Positions 1-13,664 of a stretch of 64,000 nucleotides of DNA are shown in pieces. The stretch lies in the NCBI GenBank assembly GCA_013265495.1, contig MU058781.1, forward strand, positions 3,845,050 through 3,909,049, written 5' to 3'. The position numbers were made by a program, and so were the translations under genes. Under the pieces are notes generated by a model that was not told the origin of the DNA, did not search any database, and saw only the letters and a program-made list of their open reading frames with translations. This stretch comes from Vicugna vicugna (taxonomy: Eukaryota). Numbering within the stretch: the stretch's first letter is position 1; every line of letters begins with the position of its first letter.

Positions 1-992
1 GAGACTTTGGGATGCGTCCTGACTGCTGCTTTTTCCTGGTACCACCTGCCCCTGATGCTCTGGTCACCATAGAGACCGTCTCCTCATCCCTCTGTGGCTG
101 CTCCATGTGACCGTGCTTTGGAGACTTTCTCCTTCAATGAACTCCATGTAACTCTGTGCTGCTGCTGCCCCACTGCCCCTTGCTTTTAACTTTACCACTC
201 TCACTGCTGTCATCGACTTTGTTTTTTCAGGGAGCTGTTGGTAAAAATTCTTCTAGTCCAACACAGCTGCCTGCGTAATGATCCACAGAAAGGTGGCCTT
301 GCGTTTCCCTCTTAGGGCCGGCTAGTCCCCCTCATCCCCCTCTCCTTCTCCTTCGTTTTGGTCTCTTTAGGAAGATGCTCCACCCCCTCCCTCCCACTCT
401 CTTCTTCTCTGTTTTGGAGTTTGAAATAATTGTAACTTTTCAAAAACACATCAATTCCACAAAATAGGGTACGAGTCATCTCCTTAACACAAAAGCTAGG
501 TTTTATTTGATAAATTATATTTTCATGACTGATACAAATGTTTCCCTCACTTGTAACTTTAGATTTTAACTGTTTAAAACAAGAAGCTTATACTTGGAAA
601 ATGAAACATTTTTCTCCTCTGGAGCATTCTCTGGGGCATTTCATTTTTCTCCCTATTATCATTACGGAACAGAGGACGTTTAGCTCTTGGAAACATTATG
701 TACCAGTTTTATAATTTTGCTAGTTCTTTTCTCTTCTTAATTGCTCTTTGGATTTTCTCCAAAATGTTAACATTTCTGCCTAATTAAAAGGTGCCAAAAA
801 CATGGCCATATTTCTTGCCCTAGCTTGAAGCTAAGCTAACTCAATTCATAACTGAGTGAGTCCTCATCTAACTCAGAATTCAGCCAGTCAAGCTGTGAGG
901 AGACAAAGAATCAAACCTCAAATGCCAAGAAAGACATTTTATAAGAAGTACAGGACACTTAAAAATTGAGGCTCACAGTCCTATCTGTAACA

Positions 993-1113
993 CAGTGCTT
1001 CTCAAACTTAGGAATCAGAAGGAGAGCTCATGAAAAAGGAACAAGTCTAGGCTCACCTCATGCTGAACTAGAATCTTCAGGGAATAGGGTCCAGATAAGA
1101 CTGAGAACTACTG
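993..1113. mobile_element. MER5-like hAT-Charlie MITE remnant
   Basis: Terminal inverted repeats cagtgcttctcaa ... ctgagaactactg. Confidence 0.55.
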
Positions 1114-1248
1114 TCAAAAAATGCAAACAGCTGAAGATAAAGGGCCTATTGGCTGGAGTGAGAATCTTGAGATCAAACTTGTAGCAAACTGAGTTCACTT
1201 CAGTAAAGGAGAGAAAGAATGAAGGGGACTAATGATTAGTAGGCGCCA

Positions 1249-1515
1249 GCCTCAGGGCCTTTGCACTTGCTATTTCCCCTACCTGAAATGCTCTTTCACC
1301 TCCACCTCTTTCAGTGTCAGCTAAAGTGTACTATGGCTATGGTCAGAGAAGCCTTCCATGATGATCATATCTAAGGAAGCAACCCCTCTTCTGGCTCCCA
1401 CTTTCTATTATCTCCCCCTGTTTTGCTATCTTTATAGTACTAATCACTGTCTGAAATTATCTTTTTTTTTAAGGTTTATTCTTTATTGTCTGTCTCCCTC
1501 TACTGGAATGTACCT
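1249..1515 (+). mobile_element. L2 (LINE2) 3' fragment
   Basis: cctcagggcctttgcacttgctatttccc...ttgtctgtctccctctactggaatgta resembles the L2a 3' region. Confidence 0.7.
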
Positions 1516-1521
1516 CCTGAA

Positions 1522-2925
1522 TCCTTGACAAGGGAGCCAAAACCACTCAATGGGGAAAGGATAGGCTCGTCAATAAATGATGGTGGTAAAACTGGATGTC
1601 CACATGCAAAAGAATGAAACTGGACCCCTATTTTACACGACTCACAAAAATTAACTAAAAATGATATAAGGGCTTAAATGTAAGACCCAAAACCATAAAA
1701 CTCCTGAAAGATAGCATAAGGAAAAAGCTCCTTGACATCAGACTTGGCAATAATTTTTTGAATGTAACACCCAAAGCACAAGCAACAAAAGCAAACATAG
1801 ACAAATGGGACTATGTCAAACTCAAAAGCTTCTGCATAGCAAAAGAAACTATCAACAAAATGAAAAAAAAAGCAACCTATGAAATGGGAGAAAATATTTG
1901 CAAAGCATCTATCTCACAATGAGTTGAGAACCAAAATATATAAAGGAATTCATGTGACTTGGTAGCAAAAACCCAAATAGTTCAATCAAAGAATGGACAA
2001 AGGACCTGAACAGCCATTTTTCCAAAGAAGACATACAGATGGCCAAGAGATACATGCAAAGGTGCTCAGCATCACTAATCATCAGGAAAATGCAAATCAA
2101 AACCATAATGAGATATCACCTCCCACCCATTAGAAAAGCTATTATCAAAAGGATAAGTGTTAAAGGCTCAAAGAAAAGGGAATGCTTGTGCAGTGTTGGT
2201 GGGAATGTAAAACAGTACAGCCACTAAGGAAGTTCCCCCCAAAATTAAATATAAAACTACCACTTGATCCAGCAATCCCACTTCTGGGTACAAATCCAAA
2301 GGAAATACAATCACTATCTTGAAGAGATATCTGCACTCTCATGTTCATTGCAGTGTTATTTACAATAGCCGAGTCATGGAGACAACCTAAGTGTCCGTCA
2401 ACAGATGAATAAAGAAAACGTGGTGTATGTGTACAATGGAACATTATTCAGCCACAAAAAGAAGGAAATTCTGTCATTTGCAACAACATGGATGGACTTT
2501 GAGGGCAATATGTGAAGTGAAATGTCAGACAGAGAAAGATGTCACATACATGGAATAAAAAAATGTCAAACTCACGGAGAGTAGAATGATGGTTACCAGG
2601 GACTGGGATGGGGGTAGGGAAAATGTGGAGATGTTGGTCAAAGGGTACTAACTCCCAGTGATAAGATGAATACGTTCTGGGGACCTAACGTACAGCACAG
2701 AGACTATGGTTGACAATACGCTACTGTATACTTGGAAGTTGTTATGAGAGTAGATCTTAAATGTTTCCACCATAACAACAGCAAAATGGTAGTTATGTAA
2801 GATGAAGGATGTGTTAAATAACCTTATTGTGGTAAACATTTCATAGTATATACATGTATTAAATCACCTCCTGTACACCTTAAACTTACATCATAATATA
2901 TTGCCAGCTGTATCTCAATGAAGAT
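1522..2925 (+). mobile_element. L1 (L1MA9-like), 5'-truncated: end of ORF2 plus 3'UTR
   Basis: Typical L1 motifs (atgcaaaagaatgaaactggacccc; atgcaaatcaaaaccataatgagatatcacc; gatccagcaatcccacttctggg). ORF 2039-2227 translates to L1 ORF2-like [11 protein letters not shown]. Confidence 0.9.
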
Positions 2926-3911
2926 GGTGAGGGGGGTGAGGAATGCTGCTGGATGCAATGAACAGACTACTCAACACTCGCGTAAGCAGTAGAGAACTTC
3001 ATTATGATCTGCTGGGTGACCTGAAGCAGGAGCAGGGCAGGCATGGTCTGCTCTACTCTTATCCCCTCTAACCTTGTTGAAGGGCATGTTCTTTCTCTGG
3101 AACACCTCTCTCTCTTGCTCTTGGATCTTAGTTTTTTTTGTTTTTTTGTTTTTTTTTGGAGTCAAGGGATGGGAAGGAGAGAGAGGGAATGGGACAACCG
3201 TCTCTTATTCACTGACCCGTGGAGGTGGTTCCCGCTTTGTTGGTTGTCTCTGTTTTTCTGGCTCCCATGGACTGGCCTTTGAGGTCGGCTGAGTGGCAGC
3301 GTCCAAATGCTGGCTTTCCTAGGCTGCTTGTATGTTTTCTGTTTGTTTGTTTTGTGTTATTGGTTTGTATTTGAGAGCGGCGGGCTTCTCCACTGGATGA
3401 TTCTCTGATATTGGAGAGTGGGCTCCCCTTTGACCATCTGCACCCCTTCTTAGCTCCTGCCTCCCCCTGCACACCCAGGCTTCTGGCTGCCTGGGTTCCT
3501 TTGCCTGGTGGATACAATAAGAACGTGGCTCACGGCCAACTTCCTTCCCGGGAAGGACACTCCTGTGTTCTTGCTGTGCCGACGGTGGAAGGCAGGCTGG
3601 CCCACTGTTGCTCTCTCTCTGCTTTGCTTTCTCCTGCTAGTCATTACTGTAGTTATTTTAATTTAAGGATATTCAATTGGAGCTTTACTTAAAATACCCA
3701 AGAATTGAGAATGGTTCAACTCTTAATAATTGGGGAAAAGTTAAATGGAATGTGATTCGATTTTGCAGTGAAATACTTGACAGTCATTAAAAAGTCATGT
3801 TTTTAAGGAAGAGTTAATTGCTTGGGAAAATATTTGCGATATGGCAGTAATAGGAAAAATGGTGAACAGTTTACAGTAAATCCCAACTTCACTTAATACA
3901 TTGTGTGCATG

Positions 3912-3914
<3 letters not shown>

Positions 3915-3944
<30 letters not shown>
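3915..3944. repeat. (CA)n microsatellite
   Basis: About 15 AC units read directly. Confidence 0.95.
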
Positions 3945-3949
<5 letters not shown>

Positions 3950-4861
3950 TCCCAGAGGAAATACAAGGCAGTGTTTGTTAATTGTGGGCTCGTCTGGGTG
4001 GCAGGATTATAGGTGACTTTAATATTCTGCATTATACATTTTTTCCCTTTCCTCCAATTTTCTGTAATCAATATATATTGCTTTTATAAGCAAGGGAAAA
4101 AATATTTTCAATCCTGTGGGAATTTTCAGCAATTTTATCATGAGTCTGATCATTTTCTGCCTCTTGTAATAAAGGCTGTGATCTAAGAGACTTCTCTGTT
4201 GGAGACAGTGTAATGGGCACTGTGAAAATAAAAAAAGGTGAGGATGAGCAAAGAAGTGACTATCTACACATTTCATCAATAGCTAAACAGTTAAGATCGG
4301 ACAGTGCTCTGTTATTTGTAATTGTGGTATACAATGATTAAATTCACGGTATTGTAAATTGAATGTAGTTCTCACTCCATAGAGTGGTTCCAGTTATACT
4401 CAGTGGATCCTTTTGCTGCCTTAAAAGGTTTGATAATAAAAAACCCTTTTCGCTGTCATTATAGATTCCAATTATTTTTTAATCAACGAGTTCACTCACC
4501 AAGCAGTTGTTGGACCCAGGAATGAGATGGTCTTTAATGCCCTTTCTTATGGACACACAATCTCAGTGAGAGATTCTCTTGGGGATCCTCTCACTTTGCT
4601 TCAGGGTGACGGTGGGGAGGAAACCTTCCTCCCCATGACACTGCCTTCCCTGCCACTCCCCAGATTCCCCCTGCTGTCCTCCCAGAAACAGCCCCAAAAG
4701 GCAAATTACAGTGAGGATAAGACATGAAAGGGGAAAATAAAATAAGAGAGGGGCAATCCTGATAATTGATGATTATCAGTTTTAAATTGAGGACTGTAAG
4801 TAACTTGAATATGATCTGAGTTTAAAAAAAATTATAAAGTAAAGTAAATATATGACTGGCA

Positions 4862-4965
4862 TCAAGAGATGTGGGTTCTGGCCCTGACTCTAACTTGCTA
4901 GCTTGCTGTGTAACCTGGACAATCATTCGACCCTCTGAATGCTCAATTCCCTAATCTACAAAATC
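4862..4965 (+). mobile_element. MIR SINE fragment
   Basis: gggttctggccctgactcta...tgctgtgtaacctggacaa...ctctgaatgctcaattccctaatctacaaaat resembles the MIR core. Confidence 0.6.
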
Positions 4966-7900
4966 TTAAAGAAAAGAAGTTGGATTCAGCCTGGAGCTGA
5001 TTCCTAGCTCAGGCACTACCTTGGTCATCTTTCTTACCCTCTTTAGATGTTCGTTTCTTTGTATGTCAAATAAAAGTGATAGTGTCTATCTATTCTGTTC
5101 CTGGCACAAAATAGGTACTTCCTATTCCCTTCATTTTAGGAAAATTCGTAGTCTAAAATTCAGACTCTAGTTCAATACAGTTCTTTTACAAGTGAGAAAG
5201 TTGAAAAATGGAGCAATTAAATAACTGGCAGAAAGAATATTCACTAAGTGTCCAAACTGTGCCTGGGAATCAAATCGTCTGACATTAGATGGTCAACCCC
5301 TCCAGCCATCACTGGTTGCTCACTTGTGACGCTAAGCTTAATCGTTAGAAGAACAGACCTCCTTTTGTGGGACTTTCATTTTCCATAAATCATTCAGTTT
5401 CTCACTTAGCCTGATGAAGTGGTCTAATCTTATAGCTATTGAGTGAAAGGGTTGGGGTTTGCTGTAGAGCACTAGGGCAGTGAGGGGCAGGAGGAGGAGG
5501 AGAACTCGCTTTTCCTTAAAATGGGTCGAGTAAAAGAAAAAATGTGAATAAATTTCTATGCCAAGACAGTGGTAAGGTGCTACTACGTACAATATCCCAT
5601 CAACAGCACTGATTGCGTTATTTTCCATTTTATGTCTAGTAAGTGATCATTAGAAAACTGGAAAATATGGAAATGGGTGAGGAAGAAAAATCAACAAGAG
5701 AACGGTCATCGAAACAATATTATTCTCAGCTCTGGTAAATTTCTCTCTGTTTTATTCTCCATTCAGAGATCTTACTACACATCTTTGAGTATGTAATTTT
5801 ATATTTTGCTGTTTACCCTTAACATTATAACATATGCATTTCATGTTATTTCACAGTCTTAACACTTCTTATTACAAGGCTGTATAATATTTTATTGAGA
5901 ATGGCAGTTTATTTAACTATTTTTCTGTTAACCACTTGGGTCATTTCCAATTTTCTGCCATTACAATAGAATTGTAATAAACATTTTTATGAATAAAGTT
6001 TTTCTGTATGAAAGATCACTGGACTGTAGAGCATGAATGTATACAGTCCTCGCGACACACAGTAACTCTCTAAGAAGATCATGCTCAGTTTGCATATAAA
6101 CTGTCATTTTAAACTTTCATTTTATTGATTTCAAATGTTTTATGCCTATTTATATTTAAAGTGAGACAGAAGACCTTTTAAAAAATAACAGAAGTAATAT
6201 GTGATGATTGCAAAGCTTTACATGATACAGAGATGAATATGGTTGAAAATGAAATTAGCCCATAATGTCATCCTAGAGTAAGTACTGTCTATAGTTTGTT
6301 GTATATTCTTGCAGATTTTTGGATATGCATATGCTGACATTTATTGCTGCTACCATTAGTATTAGAAACATGCATAGCATTTTGCAACTTGCTTTTTTCA
6401 TTTATTGTAGATGTTAATCATCGTGTCACATTGGCACGTGCAGATATACTTCATTCTTTTTAATAGCTTCATGGTATGAACATAACACAATTTCTTTATC
6501 TCATCTCCTTTGATAGACGTTTGGGTTAGCTTCAAGTTTTCTCTTCTTGCAAACAAAGCTGCAATGTCTATATGGTTTATTTTTAATGAGCATTTGCTGC
6601 TGTGAAAATGCGACTTGGAAAATCATTGTTGGCAAGATCCTTCTCTCTCCATGTGCTGAAACACACACTATTTCAACGTCATTTAAATTTTAAAACTTAA
6701 ATTGAGTCATCTCCGTTAAAACCAGGTTACAATCACAATGATCTTTTCCTCTCATGTAGGAATGAATCCTCTTGCTCCAGATGGGGCATAAAGCTCCTTA
6801 AATTGAAATTCATTGCACAGGGGCTCGGATGGCCCTCAACAGATGGAAGTCCAATCTCATTTGGATGGTTATGTAATTCAGGGATTATCGTGGAAGCTTT
6901 CAGATAGCCTCAGACAGAAAGTGGACAGAGTCAGGCTCTGTGGCAAAGGCAGGTGAAGAGCTGTGGATTCTCTAGTTTCTTTGTGTGTGTTGATTTGCTA
7001 GTGTTAATAAGACTAGAATCTGAGATCCAGGCCGTATAACGTGGTCTGGTCTAGTGACTAACCTTGGGATCTCAGAAATCGAGCATCTGGATACCAGCTG
7101 GAATTCAGAATTTCTTGTTAAATGACCTTGGGAGGATCATTCCGTCTCTCCAAAGGCTTCATTTTCACAAGTATGCCTGGCAATGCCTCTCTTAGGAGGG
7201 GATGATATTAATATTTATTCATAGATATTTACTAAGCTATATGTGCCGAGAAGTGTTCCAAGTGCTAGAGACACAGCTATAAACACAGGAGATGAGAATC
7301 TATTTTCCTTTCCCCCTAAACGTGAGCTTGTTGCCTTCCTCAGCTGGAAGTAATCAATGAATCTGCTTGAATATACTCAACATACATCACCAACGTCTAC
7401 CCTTTGTGTGTTACATCTTCTTGGTAATGCAGGCTAAACCACAACCAACTTATTAGCCAAATCAAATGACCTCTTTTTCACTTATTCATTCAACAAGATA
7501 CTATTTCTCCTGCCTTATATCATGCCTGCATTGCAACAGTTAGCATTCATCTTTTCAACACACACTAGAATTCCCCCTTCGCCCCTCCCCCCTCCCTCCC
7601 TTCCTTCCTTTTACCTGTAACAGTGCCTAGAATAAGCACTTAGAACAGTGACTGGTACACAGTAGGTGCAAAGTAAATTTTTGTTGCCCAGTTATCCACA
7701 AATATTTATCGTCTAACCTTCAGGCACTGGGAATAGCTTTGGAGGACACAAGAATAAATCAAATACTATTTCTGCTTTCAAAGATCTCGTATCTACTTAG
7801 GAGAGAGGCATGTTAACCCCAGAAATATGGTGACTGCTTTAAGAATTGTGTGCAACTAAAGTGGCCATTTCCTGCTTTCTTGTTGTATTCACCTACCTAC

Positions 7901-9990
7901 CCCAGACTTTTTAATTTACCTAAAATCGGCAGACTAGATAAGCTCAAACTTTTTTTGTCTCTGTTTTTCAGTGAATCAGAGATTACATTTCCTATCCTTC
8001 TCAAGGATTTCTTTGGAGGCAGAAATGGTAAATCTTTTATCCTTATTTGAAAAGCTGGTATAAATATTTCAGCACACAATCGAGCTTTTCTCATTAAAGC
8101 CCATTCTTCTGCCTCTGTACACGGAAATTTCTAGCTGTGGAGTGAAAGGACTATTTTAAAATAATTATGAAGATCCCAGTTCCATGGTAACCATGACAAA
8201 TGGACTTTTGCTATAATAGGTTTTGATGAGCTTATTTTTAATCAGAGCCATGACAATTTTTATTTTAAAAAAATCCCTTAACCTAATTTGATCTCTGTTT
8301 TTCAACCTGCTCTCTGTTAAAGGCTGTGGTGGGCTGAGACAAGTCAGAAACCATTTATTTTTCAAACCAATAGCATAACCTGTGAATCACTGTTCTCAGG
8401 CAGACTTGATGATACTTGTTGTAGAGGTGCTAGTTATCCTAAACCTTCCTCCTTATGTTTCTGCATATTAGAAAAAGCAACGAATAAGCAAAAATCTTCT
8501 TTGGATACTTTCCGTAGAATTATGTTCGCTGGTGCGGTAACGGATGTGAGGAAGCTGTCATTTCCCCTTAGGTCACTTTTAATGTCCTACCCATAGATGG
8601 CAGTAAGTGACCACTCTGCTAGCCCCTTCCTATCAGGCCGTGTGTTGTGAAACTATGGTAAAGGAAAGACGTACCAGAAGACAGACAGCATCTCTGAAGG
8701 ATGCTTCATTTGGTTGCCTGAGAGGCAGCTCTTCTCTCCAGAGCAGGAGAATTCTAATCTGTTTTGATTCTTCTTCTGAGGCTTCGGAGAAGCACCCCAG
8801 CAACATGGAAGTAGTGGTCAAGGCCAAACAGGGAGGGTCAAGGCTGGACACACAGGGCCAAGGGAAGGCACCTGGTTGAGAGCTTCCCAGGATTGCCCAG
8901 TGCCTCTGCCTTCTGTTTTGACTCATTCAAGTCGAGCATTGTGAAATGCAAGTTCCTCTGACAGTTCAGCCTCATCTGTCTGGTCCCTGTGGGTCTGGAG
9001 ACCCTCTTTCTGATTTCCCAACCTCTGAGCAAACTGTATGCTTGGGCAGCCCCTCTCTAGGCCTTGATGTGCACCACTGGCCCCAGAAGGTTGGAGAGTC
9101 AATGTGCAGATGATTTTAGACAGAATAATTGAGAGTAGGTATAAACTGAGTGATACGTATACACCTTTTATTCTGTGTTTATGATTCGTCTAGCACTGTA
9201 CCAAATACTTTATATACAACTTCTCATTTACTATTCACAAGAGCTCTGTAAATTAGAGGTTATGAATCTCGTTTGACTAAGGTGGAAATGGAAGTGAGTT
9301 AACTTGCTCAAGTTTATAAAACAGGTTTAAACTGCTTTGGCTAGTTTAAGGAGCCCCTTCTTGAGATACGGTAAGACTCTGAGCTTCTGAGTCAGTGTGT
9401 AGAGATTACATCCACGAGCATCAGGAAAGGGAGGAATGTTTCAAATCCTTGAAGACTTTACAGTGGGACGGCTTTTACACACCAAAAGGACATCAAGGGA
9501 GCAGAATCTGAGAAAACCCAAATTACAGTAAGTAGGGCTTTTGGAAGATACTGGAATAAATGAGTTTCATAGAAATGAAAGAGACTGGGATAGAAATGGA
9601 AGCAAAACAGGAGCCATGTTGAGCTCAAGATGTGCTACTGTGTTCTCTCAGTTTCCCTTGATCGGTACAACATTAAAAATGTGGCTAGTGTCCTCACCTG
9701 GTAGGGGCCAAATTGTATCAACTGGGTATTTTCAAACTCTCATGGGAACCTAGGATCTGGATCTGCTCTCAGAATATCTCTGGTGATATAGGTCTCCTGA
9801 AGCATCAGCAAGAGGTGTTTTATAAGAACTCATAGCCTACAAGTGGCCGATGAGCACATGCAAATGTGCTCCACATCATTAATTATTGGGGAGACACATT
9901 CAACACCACAGTGAGATACCATTTCCCTCCCATTAAGGATGGTTACAAGACAAAGTCAGACAACAGCAAATGTTGGTGAAGATATAGAGA

Positions 9991-10110
9991 ATAATGAAAA
10001 AGAATATGAAAAGGAACATATGTATGTATACGTATGACTGAAACATTACGCTGTACACCAGAAATTGACACAACATTATAAACCGACTAGACTTCAGTAA
10101 TAGAAACAAG
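9991..10110 (+). mobile_element. Short 3' tail of a young cetartiodactyl-type L1
   Basis: gctgtacaccagaaattgacacaacatt...acttca tail shared with the copies at 53.8 kb and 63.07 kb. Degenerate TSD agatatagaga / agacatggaga. Confidence 0.75.
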
Positions 10111-10504
10111 AGACATGGAGACATTTGAATGCTCAGGCCATACGGGTGGGAATGAAAAATGGTGCAGTCACTTTGGAAACACTTTGGAGTTTCCTTGAAT
10201 GATTAAACAGTTACAATAGGACCTGGTGATTCCACTCCTCAATTTACACCCAAGGGAAATGAGAATGTGTGTCCACAAGAACTTATATGTGAATGTTCAC
10301 AGCAGAATTGTTTGTAAGAGTGAAAATGTAGAAACAACCCAAATATCCATTAGTTGCTGAACGGATATATCCATACAATGGGATATTATTCAACAATAAC
10401 AAGGAATGAAGCACTGATGTATGTTACAACATAGACCTTGGAAACACTACGCTGAGTGAGAGACTGCAGTCACAGGAGACCATGTACTGTATGGTTCCAT
10501 TTAT

Positions 10505-11427
10505 TTATTTATTTTTTTCTCCCAATTTATCCCTTCCCACCCCCTTTCCCCCTGGTAACCATAAATTTGTTTTCTATGTGAGTCTGTCTCTGGTTTGTAA
10601 GTAAGTTTGTGTCTTTTTTTTTTAGATTCCACATATAAGTGATATCATATGGTATTTTTCTCTCTCTTTCTGGCTTACTTCACTTAGTATGATGATTTTC
10701 AGGTCCATCCATGTTGTTGTAAATGGCATTATTTTATTCTTTTTTATGGCTGAGTTGTATTCCCTTGTATGTATATATACCACAACTTCTCTATCCAGTC
10801 ATCTGTTGATGGACATTTAAGTTGCTTCCATGTCTTGGCTATTATAAATAGAGCTGCTATGAACATTGGGGTGCATGTATCTTTTTGAATTAAGAGTTTC
10901 CTCTGGTTATATGCCTAGGAGTGGGATTGCTGGATCATAGGGTAAGTCTATTTTCAGTTTTTTAGGGAATCTCTATACTGTTTTCCATAATGGCTTCACC
11001 AAACTACATTCCCACCAGCAGGGTAGGAGGGTTCCCTTTTCTCCACACCGTCTCCAGCATTTATCTTTTGTGGACTTTTGAATGATGGCCATTCTGACTG
11101 GTGTGAGGTGATACCTCATTGTAGTTTTGATTTGCATTTCTCTGATAATTAGCGATATTGAACATTTTTCATGTGCCTATTGGTCATTTGTATGTCTTCC
11201 TTGGAGAATTGCTTGTTTAGATCTTCTGCTCATTTTTTGATTAGGTCATTTGTTTTTTTGTTATTGAGTTGTATGAGCTGTTGGTATGCTCTGGGAACTA
11301 AGCCCTTGTCAATCGCATTGTTTGCAAATATTTTCTCCCATTCCTTCCGTAGGTAGTCTTTTCATTTTATTTATGGTTTCTTTTGCTGTGCAAAAGCTTG
11401 TAAGTTTAATTAGGTCCCATTTGTTTC
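10505..11427 (-). mobile_element. Young L1, 5'-truncated, antisense, nested in the L1MB-like element
   Basis: Clear reverse L1 ORF2-end/3'UTR. 14-bp TSD atggtt(c/t)catttat at 10491-10504 and 11428-11441. Confidence 0.9.
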
Positions 11428-11714
11428 ATGGTTTCATTTATATGAGATGTGCAGAACAGGCAAATCTGTAGAGACAGAAAGTAGATTAATGGTTGTCTGG
11501 GGCTGGGGGTGGGATGTAGGAGGATTGGGTGATAGCTAAAGACTATGGGGTTTCTTTCTGGGGTGTAGAAATGTTCTAAAATCAATTGTCAGGATGGTTG
11601 TGCAACTCTGTAAATAAACTGAATCATGCATTTGAAATGGTTGAATGGTGTGTATTTGAATTATAGCTCAATAAAGCTGTTAAAGAAAAAAGAATCCACG
11701 GTCTGCAGCAGCTA

Positions 11715-11960
11715 CTTCTGGAGAACTTTCCCAGGTACTATGCTAAGCACTTCACAAGTGTTCATTCTTGTGATCTTCACAACAATCTCATGTGGTAGGG
11801 ACTTTAATCGTCCCTATTTTACAAGTGGGGAAACCTGGCTGTGGACCCAAGGGAATGAAGGATCCCGCCCAAGGTGCCTTAGCTTGCGAGACGCCGCGTT
11901 AGAGTCTTGGGTAGAAATGGGAGGCTTTGAATCTCTGCTCTTAATCATCGGCCACACTGC
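11715..11960 (-). mobile_element. MIR SINE
   Basis: ccaggtactatgctaagcacttcaca...cttcacaacaatc...tccctattttacaagtggggaaac. Confidence 0.7.
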
Positions 11961-13664
11961 CTGTGAGAGAGGAAATCTTTGTGTGTGATCACCTAGTTAA
12001 ACTCTTCCTCATTTTATATACGAAGTGGGGATGGGGAAGAGGTCACCCTTTGGGTGGAGCTGGCACAGAATCCCCGTCTGCTACTCCCTGTCTGGGATTC
12101 TCCATTGCATCCTGTCACCCAGGTACAGAAGGGTTAGCAAGGATAGAGTCCGACCCGTTACCATACACAGGAAGACATTTTTTCCCTTAAACTCTATTAT
12201 TATTATTTTTGAGTCTGGGAGGAGAGGTAAGTCAAAATGCGTAGACGGTGGTGGAGGAGTGTTCAGAAGAAGAAAATGATGAAGCAGGTAACAAAATTGG
12301 TTGGGGAATTTGGGAATGTACGAGAAGTAAAGTGAGATAATACGCCAGCGTGTACGTGAAAGAGTGCCTGTTTCAGCCTTCATGTTGTGTTATCAGAGGG
12401 TTTCAAGGCAACTAAATTTGCAGAAAGATCTTGCCTGAAGTTAGAATGATTCTTTTTTTATGGGAGAAACTATTAGGTATCCCCTATTCCACTTCTGCTT
12501 CACTGTTAATTCTAGTGAAGTTGTGGATGGGTAGCAGCAGGCGATGAGAAAGACGGGAGACCAGAAACAAACCTTGACATTCCATTAAGTGACAAAGTCA
12601 ATTGAGTACCTAAGAAAGCCTTCTGAATTAGCATATGATCAAATTCCCATCACTGTTCCTCGGCTCTCTTTCATGCATCATCCTCTTGTTTACCTCTATC
12701 AGCCTTCTATAGCAGACCTCCGACAGCTCTGCTGCTCCTCCCGTCTCTTTACAATATGGGCAGTCATTTGGCTCAAGGTCTGCATGTTCTTTGAGCCTGA
12801 GCTGTCTCTCTGTTCCCTGGCATGTTAGTCCTCCCTCTTGAATTGCTCAACTGCTCCGTTCGTTCCCATCACTGTCTCCTGAATGACTCAAAATGGAGCA
12901 GAGCTTCAGAGAACACTCTGATACTTGTAGTCTTACACTGGATTTGTAACCTTGAAGGTTTCCCTTGGGGGGAATTTACATGTCTGGGGGCAACATCAGA
13001 TGGCAGCGTGTTCAGAGGAACATGGCAGTGAATGTGTGAATGCGGGACATGAGGGGAAGGGCAATCCGTATTAAAGTAAAGGAAATAAATTTGAGATGAG
13101 AAAGAGCCACAACGGAAGTACGGCTACAAGGAAACCTACTGGAAGCAGTGATCAAAGAGCCAGGACAGCTGTAGTCAGGCTACCAGGGAGTGACAAAGGT
13201 TGGGTGACTCCGTTTGAATGAAAGCTCATGGTGGTGAGTGGATGGAGAGGAATTTCCCCGCAAGTTGGGAGAAGCCTCCAGGCCCAGTAATTATACATAT
13301 GCCACTACTTAATTTAGCAGTCAACATGAAAAGAATGAAGAGTGATAGCCTTTCAGCTTAATATAAGCAAGCGTAAGATAAATGTTTCTGTAACTCCGTA
13401 TGAAAATACCCAGGATAATAAAACAAACTCCAGCTTAAATCAGGGAGACAGTCTTGGTCTTTTAGAGTCAGCCCTTCATCCTCACCCTTTTTAGGATGAT
13501 GATGGTAATAATAACAACAACAATAACAATACTAGGGTTATTATTATTATTTGATTTGGTTTGGCTTAATCTATATGGAAAATCCTTCGTTCGCTCTTAC
13601 TGGTCCTGATTTATTGCCCATAAAATTCTCAGTATTGAACTTGATGAAGAGTGGTAGGCAGCAC

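Larger units (their letters stand above)
9823..11692 (+). mobile_element. Old L1 (L1MB-like) 3' end, interrupted by two younger L1 insertions
   Basis: L1 ORF2-end and 3'UTR motifs at 9823-9990, 10110-10500 and 11428-11692 join up once the inserts are removed. Confidence 0.8.

Noticed and set aside
1..310. GC-balanced segment that might be an exon or pseudogene fragment
   Set aside because: No ORF listed there and no recognisable protein when read on either strand.
1909..2839. ORFs within L1 copies (also 11171-11471, 50972-51325, 62508-63091)
   Set aside because: Fragments of decayed, 5'-truncated L1s; no intact ORF1 or ORF2 in the window.
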